From: Candidatus Woesearchaeota archaeon
GTDB taxonomy: Archaea; Nanobdellota; Nanobdellia; Woesearchaeales; UBA9642
Assembly: GCA_013330595.1 (NCBI GenBank)
Contig: DUIB01000063.1
Coordinates: forward strand, 1-51,204
Reading direction: 5' to 3'
DNA length: 51,204 bases
This document shows, piece by piece, positions 39,826 to 51,017 of this stretch (positions within the stretch are counted from its first letter, which is position 1; every line of letters begins with the position of its first letter). Below the pieces are notes generated by a model. It searched no databases. It was not told the origin of the DNA and saw nothing but the letters and a program-made list of their open reading frames with translations. The position numbers and the translations under genes are program-made.

Positions 39826-39898
39826 TGTTGTAATTCTAGAGTGGTTAAGAAAGAAAAAGTTTATAAACAGTGTGATATTTTTATTATTGGTGAACAAT

Positions 39899-40264
39899 AT
39901 GGTTGTACGCGCACAAAATAGGATAATAAATAATATTGATGATACTCTCGAGTATGTTGGACCTGTAAAAACAAAATTATGTGAAACATTTAGAAACAGC
40001 AAAATATGGCATGTTGAGTTGATATTTACTTATAAAAATGAACGAATTGATACTGTTACTGGTAGTACTTTCGAATCAGAGAAATTAGATGACAGAAAGG
40101 GTTTTGAAATATTAAGTGAGTTCTTAGAAGCTAATGAGTTATATTTATCCTTTCCAGCAGGAAGCATTGGCATAAATAGGAAATCAATAACTAGAAATGG
40201 AGAGACATATGTGCCTAAAAAAGAAAAAAGATTTATAGATTATTTAGAAAGTCGTATTAAATAA
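39899..40264 (+). CDS. Hypothetical protein (start uncertain)
   Basis: ORF between herA and mre11. Confidence 0.55.
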   Translation: MVVRAQNRIINNIDDTLEYVGPVKTKLCETFRNSKIWHVELIFTYKNERIDTVTGSTFESEKLDDRKGFEILSEFLEANELYLSFPAGSIGINRKSITRNGETYVPKKEKRFIDYLESRIK

Positions 40265-40294
40265 CTTTATTAATCCATTTCTTTTTCTTTTATT

Positions 40295-41500
40295 ATGAAG
40301 TTTGCTCATATGGCTGATGTGCATATCGGATCATGGAGAGATCCCAGGCTTAAGGAGCTCAGCATAAATTCTTTTGTTAAGGCATTGAAGATTTGCGAGC
40401 AGGAAAATGTTGATTTTATATTGATTGCAGGAGACCTATTCAATACTGCTCTTCCATCTATTGATAATTTAAAGACAGTTGTCAAAGAATTGAAAATATT
40501 AAAAGAAAAGAACATTTCAATATACATTATCCCTGGCTCTCATGATTATTCTCCTAGTGGAAAGACAATGATCGATGTTCTTGAAGAGGCTGGATTAGCA
40601 ATAAATGTTGTCAAGGGAAAAGTCGAAGATAATAAATTATTTCTTAAATTTACTGTTGATGAAAAGACAAAAGCAAAAATAACAGGAATGCTAGGCAAAA
40701 AAGGGCAACTTGAAAAGAATATTTATGAAAGCCTTGATCTTGAATCATTGGAAAAAGAAAATGGCTTTAAGATTTTCATGTTTCATTCTGCAATAGCTGA
40801 GATGATGCCCAAAGAATTTGCTTTGATGGATGCAATGCCGTTAAGCATGCTTCCTAAGAATATGGATTATTATGCAGGAGGACATGTTCATATTGTTAAA
40901 CAAGAATCATTTCCTAATCATAAGAATATTGTTTATCCTGGTCCATTGTTTCCTGCAAATTTTCAGGAGCTTGAAAACATTGATTCAGGATTCTATATAT
41001 ATGATAATGAGGTATTGAAAAGACAAGTCCTTAACATGATAAATACTTTTGTAATAGATATTGATGCAAATCATAAAACCCCTGAAGAAGTGATTGCAAT
41101 GATTGACCAGAAAATATTGAAAAAAGAATTCCTAAATACAATTGTATTGATTAAAATCAAAGGCACTTTAAAGACAGGAAAAGTCTCTGATATTAATTTC
41201 AATGAGATAAGCACAAAGATATATTCACAAGGAGCATTCTATGTTATGAAGAATACTTCAAAATTATCCTCAGAAGAATTTGAAGAGATAAAGATCAATA
41301 CAGAAAACATAGAAGATCTAGAAGATTCAATAATCAAAGAGCATCTACAACAAGTAAAGGTTACTGGCTTTAAAGATAAGGAATATAATATAATCAAGGA
41401 TCTTATGAAGACTTTTGAATCAGAAAAGCATGAAGGCGAAAAGGTTCATGAATACGAAGACAGAATAAGAAAAGAAGCCGATAAAGTGTTAGATGTTTAG
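40295..41500 (+). CDS. mre11: Mre11 nuclease
   Basis: ADVHIG, AGDLF, PGSHD, FH, GGHVH, YPG. Confidence 0.94.
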   Translation: MKFAHMADVHIGSWRDPRLKELSINSFVKALKICEQENVDFILIAGDLFNTALPSIDNLKTVVKELKILKEKNISIYIIPGSHDYSPSGKTMIDVLEEAGLAINVVKGKVEDNKLFLKFTVDEKTKAKITGMLGKKGQLEKNIYESLDLESLEKENGFKIFMFHSAIAEMMPKEFALMDAMPLSMLPKNMDYYAGGHVHIVKQESFPNHKNIVYPGPLFPANFQELENIDSGFYIYDNEVLKRQVLNMINTFVIDIDANHKTPEEVIAMIDQKILKKEFLNTIVLIKIKGTLKTGKVSDINFNEISTKIYSQGAFYVMKNTSKLSSEEFEEIKINTENIEDLEDSIIKEHLQQVKVTGFKDKEYNIIKDLMKTFESEKHEGEKVHEYEDRIRKEADKVLDV

Positions 41501-42100
41501 CATACATAAATTCTGAAAGAATTCCTGATCAAAATTATTATAAGTTTTAGATGTTTCCTTAATCAAAATGTCCTTGATAATTTGAGCATATTTTTTTGCA
41601 GTACCTTGCTGTGATTTGATGAATGCAAAAGCGGCATCTTGTTCTGCTTTAAATAATATAGGATCTATATCTTTGTTAAATTCATTTGTTAATTCTTTCC
41701 GATCATGAACTATTTTTAATAATCCGCTTTGTTTTAATCCTTCATATGCTTTTACATTCCAGGACCATTTTGGACCGCTAATTATACGCTTTCCATAAAA
41801 TGCAGGTTCTAAAAGATTTTGACCACTGCCATCAAACGTATCACCTATGAGTGCAACATTGCATATGCTGTAGAGATCTGATAATATGCCTTCTTTAGTT
41901 ATTATCCTGATATCTGTAGGTTCATGAAACTCTTTATCCATTGAATATTTAACATCCATACGTTGAAGAGTCTCAATTGTGCCTTTAACATCACATCTCG
42001 GAACAATAATCCCTATATTTTCTTTACCGATTCTTTTCTTACTTTTCTGTAAGATTTTTGCTTTTATCGTATTTCTTCCGGTTTTCTCTAAGAAAGACAT
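41489..42100 (-). CDS. C-terminal domain of a WaaA/KdtA-like (GT30) Kdo transferase; possibly a fragment
   Basis: IIVPR, GILSDLYSICNVALIGDTF...GQNLLEPAFYGKRIISGP; only 203 aa. Confidence 0.75.
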   Translation of the reverse strand: MSFLEKTGRNTIKAKILQKSKKRIGKENIGIIVPRCDVKGTIETLQRMDVKYSMDKEFHEPTDIRIITKEGILSDLYSICNVALIGDTFDGSGQNLLEPAFYGKRIISGPKWSWNVKAYEGLKQSGLLKIVHDRKELTNEFNKDIDPILFKAEQDAAFAFIKSQQGTAKKYAQIIKDILIKETSKTYNNFDQEFFQNLCMLNI

Positions 42101-42160
42101 ATTAAGAATTTTTAATTACAATCAAAAGATTTAAATACTACTGTTAATTTTAATTTACAG

Positions 42161-42182
42161 TTAGTTAATTTAAATTAACTAA
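42161..42182. promoter_or_regulatory. Perfect 22-bp operator-like palindrome
   Basis: ttagttaatttaaattaactaa immediately before the ATG at 42184. Confidence 0.6.
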
Positions 42183-42183
42183 T

Positions 42184-42459
42184 ATGAATATTGCATTAAA
42201 AAGAATGATTGCTGTAATGATGAATCAGCATATTGTAGGACACAAACATATCCCGGAAATGCTCTTAATCAAATCACGAATTAAGAATTTGTCTAAGCAG
42301 CAACAGAAGGAGTTTATGGATGAATATTCAAGATTGGTCAATATGGATTATTTTTGGAGATTGAAAAAGAGAACAGGAAAAGGCACAGAATGGCACATAA
42401 GTATAAATCCTGATATGTTAGTAGATCTGAAAGAATTAATAGGTGATGAATCAACATGA
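42184..42459 (+). CDS. Small basic protein, possible toxin
   Basis: 91 aa; ATGA overlap with a wHTH gene. Confidence 0.6.
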   Translation: MNIALKRMIAVMMNQHIVGHKHIPEMLLIKSRIKNLSKQQQKEFMDEYSRLVNMDYFWRLKKRTGKGTEWHISINPDMLVDLKELIGDEST

Positions 42460-42824
42460 AAAGCTTAAGATTTCCGCCAGGCAAATATTGCGAAATATAT
42501 GGATTTACAGTAAGGAATAGGGTTGTTGAGTATTTTTTAGAGAACTTAGGAACAGAAATTGCCGTTGGTGATATGGCTAAAGAAATTGGCATAAGCAGGC
42601 CTAAAGCATATCAGATTATTGATGAATTAATGAGAAGAAATTATGTTTTGAAGGATCGAATAATAGGAAAAACACAATTATACCAATTGAATAAAGATAA
42701 TCTTATAGTAAAAATATTCATGAGGAACTTTAATGAATGTCTCAACATAATTGTAGAAGAGCATTCCAAGAAGAAAACATCCAATTCATCCGCAAGAATT
42801 GCGGTGAGCGCGAAAGGGATATAG
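42456..42824 (+). CDS. Winged-helix DNA-binding protein, possible antitoxin
   Basis: DMAKEIGISRPKAYQIIDELMRRNYV...RIIGKTQLYQLN. Confidence 0.75.
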   Translation: MKSLRFPPGKYCEIYGFTVRNRVVEYFLENLGTEIAVGDMAKEIGISRPKAYQIIDELMRRNYVLKDRIIGKTQLYQLNKDNLIVKIFMRNFNECLNIIVEEHSKKKTSNSSARIAVSAKGI

Positions 42825-42859
42825 GAAAAAATATAAACTGATAAAATAGCTATTATCTC

Positions 42860-43126
42860 ATGTGGATTACTAAGCTTAAATTAAGACATGAAGATTGTCC
42901 TATTGTTACTAGATGTCAAAAATTCCATCTTATTGTTTATTCTTATCCTAGCACTTGGTATGAAGAGAAGAAAAAGAAATTTGCAACAACAAGAATGTAT
43001 GATCTTGGATCAGGAGAAGAATGGTCAAGGGACTGGTTAAACTTGACACGAGTGGGATCCATAATAGAAACAGAGGGAATTGAAGGATATAAAAAAATGA
43101 TCAATACAGGAACATGGCCTGTCTAA
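42860..43126 (+). pseudogene. Probable truncated or chimeric regulator fragment
   Basis: MWITKLKLRHEDC N-terminus resembles archaeal HTH_10-type regulators, but only 88 aa and no HTH. Confidence 0.4.
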
Positions 43127-44430
43127 GGCGTAGTCCTCAGCATCGTCCTCGGGAACGGTATTGCATCCTTGATGTTCTCTAGCTTGCATATCCATGATAT
43201 CAATCTCTCAACTCCCATCCCAAATCCTCCATGCGGTACTGATCCATATTTTCTTGTATCAAGATAGAATTCATAATTCTTAGGATCTTCACCCATATCT
43301 TCTAGTCTCTTCTTTATCTTTTCTAGATCAGATTCTCTTTCTGATCCTCCGATTATTTCTCCGTAACATTCAGGGGCAATGAAGTCACATCCATGGACTA
43401 CATCTGGATTGTCATCGTCTTCTTTCATATAGAATGCCTTAACTATTTTAGGATAATTGCTCACAATCAAGAACTGGTTATGTAGCTTAGATAATTCATC
43501 CTCTTCAATAGTTCTCAAGTCTTTTCCCCATTCAATGTTGATATTGCATTTCTCTTTTAATTCTTTTAATGCATCAGTATATGTCATTCTTATGAATGGC
43601 TTGTCAAGAACATCATAAAGTATTTTTACATCTCTTCCTAATATTTTTAGCTCATTTTGATTTTGCTCAAGAACTTTCTTAAGAACATGTTTTATACATG
43701 CTTCTCCATAATCTTGAATATCTTTGAATGTTGCCCATGCAACTTCCATCTCTGCATGCCAGTATTCAGTCAAATGTCTTGATGTCTTGCTTTTTTCTGC
43801 TCTGAAACTAGGAGCTATTGTATATATTTTTTCCATTGAAAATATTGCAGGCTCTGCATAAAGCTGCCATGTTTGAGCCAAGAAAACTGGTTTACCAAAA
43901 TAATTTACACTAAAAAGAGTTGATCCACCTTCTGCCTGTGTCGCCTGGAGTATTGGGCTTTGATATTCATAGAATCCTTCTTTTCTGAAATATTCATCAA
44001 TTGCTCCAAACACTGTTGATCTTATTTTCAGTATTGAAGTCATGTACCTTGATCTAAGCCATAAATGCTTTAAATCAGCTAGCAATTCTGTTGATTGGTC
44101 TTTTTGAATAGGCCAACCTATGCTTTCCCCGATTAATTTTATCTCCTTGACTTTTACTTCAAATCCTGTAGGTGCCCTTTTATCCTCAACTATCTCTCCT
44201 GATAATTCAAATGATGCTTCTATATCGATCTTCAATGCATCATTCCATGATTCTTCTGAAACATGCTCTTTTTCAACAACACATTGAATGATCTCAGTTG
44301 CATCTCTCAATACTATGAACCTTAATGCATTGCTTCCTCTAGACCTATAGCACCATCCTCTTAAATGGACTATTCCAGAGCCTTTTTCCATTGCTTTTTT
44401 AATTGATATGAAATGAGTCATTATAATCAC
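43123..44430 (-). CDS. asnS: Asparagine--tRNA ligase
   Basis: OB fold (LRGW...FIVLRD), FRAEKSKTSRHLTEYWHAE, GEIIGGSERE, PHGGFGMGVER. Confidence 0.93.
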   Translation of the reverse strand: MIIMTHFISIKKAMEKGSGIVHLRGWCYRSRGSNALRFIVLRDATEIIQCVVEKEHVSEESWNDALKIDIEASFELSGEIVEDKRAPTGFEVKVKEIKLIGESIGWPIQKDQSTELLADLKHLWLRSRYMTSILKIRSTVFGAIDEYFRKEGFYEYQSPILQATQAEGGSTLFSVNYFGKPVFLAQTWQLYAEPAIFSMEKIYTIAPSFRAEKSKTSRHLTEYWHAEMEVAWATFKDIQDYGEACIKHVLKKVLEQNQNELKILGRDVKILYDVLDKPFIRMTYTDALKELKEKCNINIEWGKDLRTIEEDELSKLHNQFLIVSNYPKIVKAFYMKEDDDNPDVVHGCDFIAPECYGEIIGGSERESDLEKIKKRLEDMGEDPKNYEFYLDTRKYGSVPHGGFGMGVERLISWICKLENIKDAIPFPRTMLRTTP

Positions 44431-44460
44431 TGATTCCTTATATTTGAATCTGGCAGTATT

Positions 44461-46152
44461 TTAAAATGTTTTGTTGTCTAGAGCCCATAATTTCTTCATG
44501 CCTTTTTCATGCACACTGCTTACTGCCCTGCCTGATGGATCATCCATTTTTGCAAATTCCTGGCTCCATCTAAATGCTGTTGGTGTTGAGCAGGCTATTG
44601 AAGGCCCTACAGGCACTGTCTCTGCAGCAGCAGGACTCTTGAACAATTCATCAAACAATGTCCTATAATAATACTGCTCCTTAGATGTTGGAGTCTGCTT
44701 AGGAAATCTTTTTGCGGCATCTTTCATCATCTCATCACTGATATGTTCTTCAGCAAACTTTTTCAGGTAATCTATCCATCCATAACCTACTCCGTCTGAA
44801 AATTGTTCTTTCTGCCTCCATAATACTTCTTTAGGAAGCAAGTCTTTGAATGCGTCTCTCAATATCTTTTTCTCAATAATTTTTCCAGGGCACATTTTAT
44901 CTTGAGAATCTATGTTCATTGCATATTCCAGAAAATCCTTGTCCAGGAATGGGACTCTTGTCTCTAATCCCCATGCAGCTGTTGCTTTGTTTGCCCTAAG
45001 GCAATCATATTTGCTTAATGCAAAAAGTTTTCTCACAGTTTCTTCATGGAATTCCCTGGCATCAGGAGCCATATGGAAATATAAGTATCCTCCAAATACT
45101 TCATCAGCACCTTCTCCTGACAACACCATCTTAATTCCCATAGATTTTATTTTTCTTGCCATCAGATACATTGGTGTTGCTGCACGAATAGTTGTTGTAT
45201 CGAATGTCTCAAGATGATATATGACATCGCGTATGGCATCAAATCCTTCTTCTATTGTGAAGACTATTTCATGGTGCACTGTTCCTATATGTTTTGCAAC
45301 TATTCTTGCAAATTTCATGTCAGGAGAATCCTTCAATCCTACTGCAAAAGAATGCAGCCTTGGCCACCATGCCTCTTCTTTTTCTCCTGATTCTATTCTT
45401 TTCTTTCTATGTTTTGCTGCTATTGCTGCAATAAGCGATGAATCCAATCCTCCTGATATTAGTACGCCATATGGGACATCTGACATCATCTGTCTTGTCA
45501 CAGCTTTCTCCAGTTCTGCACGCAAAACTTTAAGCGAGACTTTTTTTGTTGGCAAAGTTCTAGCCCATTTTGGATCATACCATCTCATGAACTTCTTATC
45601 TGAATTTAGATAATAATGTCCTGGTGGAAATTCCTTTATTTCATCACAATATTTGTCTAATGCTTTCATCTCACTCGCAAAATATATTGATCCTTCTTTG
45701 TCCCAGCCGACATATAATGGCTCTATGCCCATATGGTCTCTTGCAGCAAAATAAGTCTTTTTTCTTTTGTCATATATCACAAATGCAAATATTCCATCCA
45801 TCATGTCGAGGAATTTTGGTCCATACTCATCATATAAGTAAAGTATAACTTCACAATCAGATGCAGTTTGCCAATCATGTTTTTTCTTTAGCTTTTTTCT
45901 AAGTTCTTTATGAGTATAAATCTCTCCGTTTACTGCAAGAACACTTCCTGTTGTTGTGTCAATCAATGGTTGTGCACCATGCTCTACATCAACTATTGAT
46001 AATCTTTCATGAGCAAGTATTGCGGCATCATCTGCATATATTCCGCTCCAGTCTGGTCCTCTATGCCGTATCTTTCTTGCCATGTCCATAGCTCTGGCTC
46101 TTGTTTCCTTGGATCTATTTTTGAATTCAAATATTCCTATTATGCCACACAT
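44461..46152 (-). CDS. asnB: Asparagine synthetase B (glutamine-hydrolysing)
   Basis: N-terminal MCGI after a GGAGG SD, HRGPD, NGEIY, SGGLDSS, SGEGADE, RQKEQFSDGVG. Confidence 0.96.
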   Translation of the reverse strand: MCGIIGIFEFKNRSKETRARAMDMARKIRHRGPDWSGIYADDAAILAHERLSIVDVEHGAQPLIDTTTGSVLAVNGEIYTHKELRKKLKKKHDWQTASDCEVILYLYDEYGPKFLDMMDGIFAFVIYDKRKKTYFAARDHMGIEPLYVGWDKEGSIYFASEMKALDKYCDEIKEFPPGHYYLNSDKKFMRWYDPKWARTLPTKKVSLKVLRAELEKAVTRQMMSDVPYGVLISGGLDSSLIAAIAAKHRKKRIESGEKEEAWWPRLHSFAVGLKDSPDMKFARIVAKHIGTVHHEIVFTIEEGFDAIRDVIYHLETFDTTTIRAATPMYLMARKIKSMGIKMVLSGEGADEVFGGYLYFHMAPDAREFHEETVRKLFALSKYDCLRANKATAAWGLETRVPFLDKDFLEYAMNIDSQDKMCPGKIIEKKILRDAFKDLLPKEVLWRQKEQFSDGVGYGWIDYLKKFAEEHISDEMMKDAAKRFPKQTPTSKEQYYYRTLFDELFKSPAAAETVPVGPSIACSTPTAFRWSQEFAKMDDPSGRAVSSVHEKGMKKLWALDNKTF

Positions 46153-46176
46153 TTTGTTGTCCTCCAATATTCAAAG

Positions 46177-46264
46177 CGACCCTGGAGAGATTCGACCTCT
46201 CGACCTTCTGATTGCTGCATAGATGAATAACAGTCAGACGCTCTAACCTCTAAGCTACAGGGTC
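46177..46264 (-). tRNA. tRNA-Asn(GUU) with a 15-nt intron at 37/38 (46213-46227)
   Basis: GACCCTG/CAGGGTC acceptor, TCTGA/TCAGA anticodon stem, GTT anticodon; T loop reads GTCGAAT. Confidence 0.92.
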
Positions 46265-46512
46265 ATGGTATATTTAAGAATTTAACTAATGTTATACGAA
46301 AGTGTTTTAGAATAATTATAAGATGAGAACTAATCTTAACTAACTGTATGTAGATTCCGTAAATCAAGCATTTTTGCTGTTGTCATGTTTATCAACCCTG
46401 TTATTCTAATATATAGTACAACTCCTATCTTTATATATTTATTTCCTAAAATAAGGTAGAAAATGATATAAGATAGTAAAATTTATATAGAAAATAGGAC
46501 AAGTGTTCCATT

Positions 46513-46965
46513 ATGGGTCAAGAAATAGATGAAAAAGATAAGAAGATCATTGAAGTGCTTAAGAATCATGCAGAGTTTACAACAAGACAGATAGCTAAAA
46601 AGACATTGCTTCCGATAACCACTGTCCATAATAGAATAAGAAAACTCAGAAAAGAGGGCATCATAAGAAAATATACTGTAAAGCTTGATAATTCTAAATT
46701 AGGAAAGAATTTTGTATCATACATATTAGTGTCAGTAAATCTTGCTATACTTAAACAGAAACATAAGACACAACATGATCTGGCTAATGAATTAAAGAAG
46801 TTCTATTTTGTAGAAAGAGCAGACATCGTAACAGGCGGTACAGATATGGTTGTAATTATGAGAGTCAAGGATATAGAAGAATTTGATAATTGTTTATTGA
46901 ATAAATTACAACTCGTAGAAGGTATAGATAAGACGCAGACACTGATAGTAATACATAGTAAATAA
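46513..46965 (+). CDS. Lrp/AsnC family regulator
   Basis: IDEKDKKIIEVL...TVHNRIRKL..EGIIRKYT; VTGGTD. Confidence 0.93.
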   Translation: MGQEIDEKDKKIIEVLKNHAEFTTRQIAKKTLLPITTVHNRIRKLRKEGIIRKYTVKLDNSKLGKNFVSYILVSVNLAILKQKHKTQHDLANELKKFYFVERADIVTGGTDMVVIMRVKDIEEFDNCLLNKLQLVEGIDKTQTLIVIHSK

Positions 46966-46981
46966 GAAAGAAAAAAATAAA

Positions 46982-47230
46982 TTATTTCTTCTTTTTCTTA
47001 GCTTTCTTTGCTGGCTTTGGCAATGGTTTAGTTGTAGCGCATGTGCTGCATTTGAATAATGCATACAGTCCGCACCATCCAAGCAATCCTGTTAGTAGCG
47101 CAATTGCTGCTAATATGAACCACAATACTGCATAGGTAGGATAGACAAATCCAAGGATAATGAATATAATTGCTAAAATAAATCTAATCATCCTATCAAT
47201 CATTCCCACGTTTTCCTTCATAGGCATCAC
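46982..47230 (-). CDS. DUF2892/YgaP-like membrane protein
   Basis: NVGMIDRMIR...TGLLGWCGLY. Confidence 0.85.
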   Translation of the reverse strand: MMPMKENVGMIDRMIRFILAIIFIILGFVYPTYAVLWFILAAIALLTGLLGWCGLYALFKCSTCATTKPLPKPAKKAKKKKK

Positions 47231-47299
47231 CCACTACTCTCTAGGAGGACAAGTTTATAAAGTTGTTTATTTTTGTTCCAAAACCGAAAAATATAAATA

Positions 47300-47331
47300 G
47301 TAAAGCATACTTTACGTTAAGTATGCTTTAC
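47300..47331. promoter_or_regulatory. Operator-like inverted repeat upstream of the XRE gene
   Basis: gtaaagcatactt-N6-aagtatgctttac, perfect 13-bp arms. Confidence 0.65.
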
Positions 47332-47345
47332 ATACATGACGGAAA

Positions 47346-47540
47346 ATGACATTATCAAAAAATCGTTTAAAGGAATTCAGGGAAAAGAAGAAGATGACGC
47401 AGGAAGACTTAGCTTCAAAGACAGGAGTAAGTAGACAGACAATAATAAGCATCGAGTCAGGAAGATATGTTCCAAGTCTAGAATTAGCATTAAAATTCGC
47501 AACTTTGTTCAAATGCAAAGTAGAAGATTTATTCGGGTGA
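47346..47540 (+). CDS. XRE/Cro-type HTH regulator
   Basis: NRLKEFR...TQEDLA..GVSRQTIISIESGRYVPSLELA. Confidence 0.92.
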   Translation: MTLSKNRLKEFREKKKMTQEDLASKTGVSRQTIISIESGRYVPSLELALKFATLFKCKVEDLFG

Positions 47541-47610
47541 AAAAATGATAGGCAAACAAAAATCAGAGATTTTTTATTCCAACACAATCTCAAAAAAGGT
47601 GAGATTATGA

Positions 47611-49255
<1,645 letters not shown>

Positions 49256-49262
49256 TGAGAAT

Positions 49263-49343
49263 CTGGGCGGGGCTATCCGTAACGATATCATGAAAACCCA
49301 TTTGTTTTCAGGATGCTGAAAAGCAAAACTTTTCGAGCATATC
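49263..49343. repeat. Short relative of the 89-bp repeat joined to a double hairpin
   Basis: ctgggcggggctat...acgatatca shared with 21306-21388; hairpins tgaaaac/gttttca and tgctgaaaag/cttttcgagca. Confidence 0.6.
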
Positions 49344-49382
49344 AATCAAGAATTATCTAAATCCTTCTGAGACTATCTTTGG

Positions 49383-49592
49383 TCATTTTTTAGAAAGTCT
49401 TTCTCTGGCTTCTTCTATTGTTATCGTGTCTTCTGAAGACATTAGGGACTGTCTTAGTTGCTCCTTTGCTGTTTGAGAATGCTTTAAATTCTTGAATCTC
49501 CATTCCTTTACTCTTCCTTTCTTGACATCATCTAAGGATTTTAGCATGCTCTCTAAGAATTCGTTTTCCTCTTCAAGTTTTACTTTATCCAT
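49383..49592 (-). CDS. Small hypothetical protein (antitoxin-like)
   Basis: 69 aa; SLDDVKKGRV and ITIEEA segments. Confidence 0.45.
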   Translation of the reverse strand: MDKVKLEEENEFLESMLKSLDDVKKGRVKEWRFKNLKHSQTAKEQLRQSLMSSEDTITIEEARERLSKK

Positions 49593-49730
49593 TTTATTCC
49601 TCTGAAAAAATCCTGTGTTTCAATCTCAACTATTCTTCTTGCCAGAGCTTTTTTTAGGCTAATATTTCTCTTCTTTAGTTTTTCAATCTCTTCATCCGTA
49701 TTGCCCGTAAATTGTATGTAAATAAATATT

Positions 49731-50270
49731 TTATGCTATTATGCTTTTTTTCTTAGTTTTCTTAACATGATGAACAATGTGTGTTTGTCGATCATTTATT
49801 ATCTTCTTTATCTCTAACGGATTTCTTATCTTTCTATATCTTATCTCGTACCGATCTGTTCCGGCTGTGTTGATTGTTAATGTTCCTGTGTTCATGATCT
49901 TGTCCCAGAATGTCTGATGGAATGCAATGTCTGTTATGTATTTGTAGCTTGAAGATTTGAATTTCTCTGAGAATATTCCCATACTATACATTAATCTCTC
50001 ATTTGTTAATGCATATCTTCTACTCCATATCCTGTATTCAAGCCTTAATAGCATTATTATTGAATAGACCAAGACCAATTTTGATATTAAGTTTACGAAA
50101 TTCCAGAATATGAATAAATGTGAGCCAGGTTCGTTATAGAATGAAAATATTATTGCTAAGATTAATAATATTATGTGAATTAAGTATTGTAATAAGTATG
50201 CTAATCTTGAAGGCCTGAAGAACTTTACTATTTTCTCATCGCTATCCAAATGTTTGTTTAGATTGAACAT
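49731..50270 (-). CDS. Membrane protein with a bacterial PH (DUF304-like) domain
   Basis: Two TM segments, then YALTNERL...GIFS...QTFWDKIMNTGTLTINTAG. Confidence 0.85.
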   Translation of the reverse strand: MFNLNKHLDSDEKIVKFFRPSRLAYLLQYLIHIILLILAIIFSFYNEPGSHLFIFWNFVNLISKLVLVYSIIMLLRLEYRIWSRRYALTNERLMYSMGIFSEKFKSSSYKYITDIAFHQTFWDKIMNTGTLTINTAGTDRYEIRYRKIRNPLEIKKIINDRQTHIVHHVKKTKKKSIIA

Positions 50271-50315
50271 GTTGTCACTTGCATTTATGCTTATATATAT
50301 TTTTCTATAATATCA

Positions 50316-51017
50316 TTATTTGATCTTCTTCAAGAATCCCATCAATGCGAAAGCTTCCCTTTTGGATAAGAATGATTTGCCTATGATCTTTTTCCATAAT
50401 GTCCTTTGAGTGTTTTTCTTTTCTTCTGTTGTGAAATTCATTTTTTTCATTGATTCTTCTAATATCTTGTATAAATGCTCTTTTTCTTTTTCTGTTATAG
50501 GTATTATGTGGCTTGTTATGTTTTCTTTATTTTGTTGTTTAAATAACTCGTACATGATTATTGTTGCTGCATGGCTTATGTTCATTGTACCATAATCCTT
50601 GGATGTTGGGATTGTGACTGTAAAATCACAGATGCTTATCTCTTCATTGTTTAATCCAGTGCTTTCTCTTCCTATAATGATTCCTAGTTTAGATTTTTTA
50701 TCAAGATCCGATAATTTTTCTGCTAATTGTTCTGGACTTATTGGACTTCTGGAAATATTGTAATCTCTTCCAAGCTTTGCTGTTGTTGCAATAAGATAAT
50801 CAAAATCCTTTCTGAGTTTTTTAAGATCATACTTTCTTACTTTTACTTTTTTTACAAGATCATTAGCCCATTTGGCCCTATTCCTGAATTCCTCATTATT
50901 AAGATCAAATTTAGGGTCAATAAGCATTAATGATGCGAATTCAAAATTCTTCATTGATCTCAGAACTGCACCACTATTACCCGGATTCTCAGGAGCAATT
51001 AATATAAATGTGATCAT
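50316..51017 (-). CDS. trmJ: TrmJ-family SPOUT tRNA 2'-O-methyltransferase
   Basis: PENPGNSGAVLRSMKNF, ATTA, GRESTGLNNEE, IPT..YGTMNISHA. Confidence 0.88.
   Translation of the reverse strand: MITFILIAPENPGNSGAVLRSMKNFEFASLMLIDPKFDLNNEEFRNRAKWANDLVKKVKVRKYDLKKLRKDFDYLIATTAKLGRDYNISRSPISPEQLAEKLSDLDKKSKLGIIIGRESTGLNNEEISICDFTVTIPTSKDYGTMNISHAATIIMYELFKQQNKENITSHIIPITEKEKEHLYKILEESMKKMNFTTEEKKNTQRTLWKKIIGKSFLSKREAFALMGFLKKIK

Noticed and set aside
43123-44430. Non-discriminating AspRS
   Set aside because: Motif 2 (SRHLTEYWHAE), GEIIGGSERE and the Asn context favour AsnRS
44471-46230. Run of plus-strand ORFs opposite asnB, and similar ones opposite polB, pcn and herA
   Set aside because: Antisense shadows of well-supported genes
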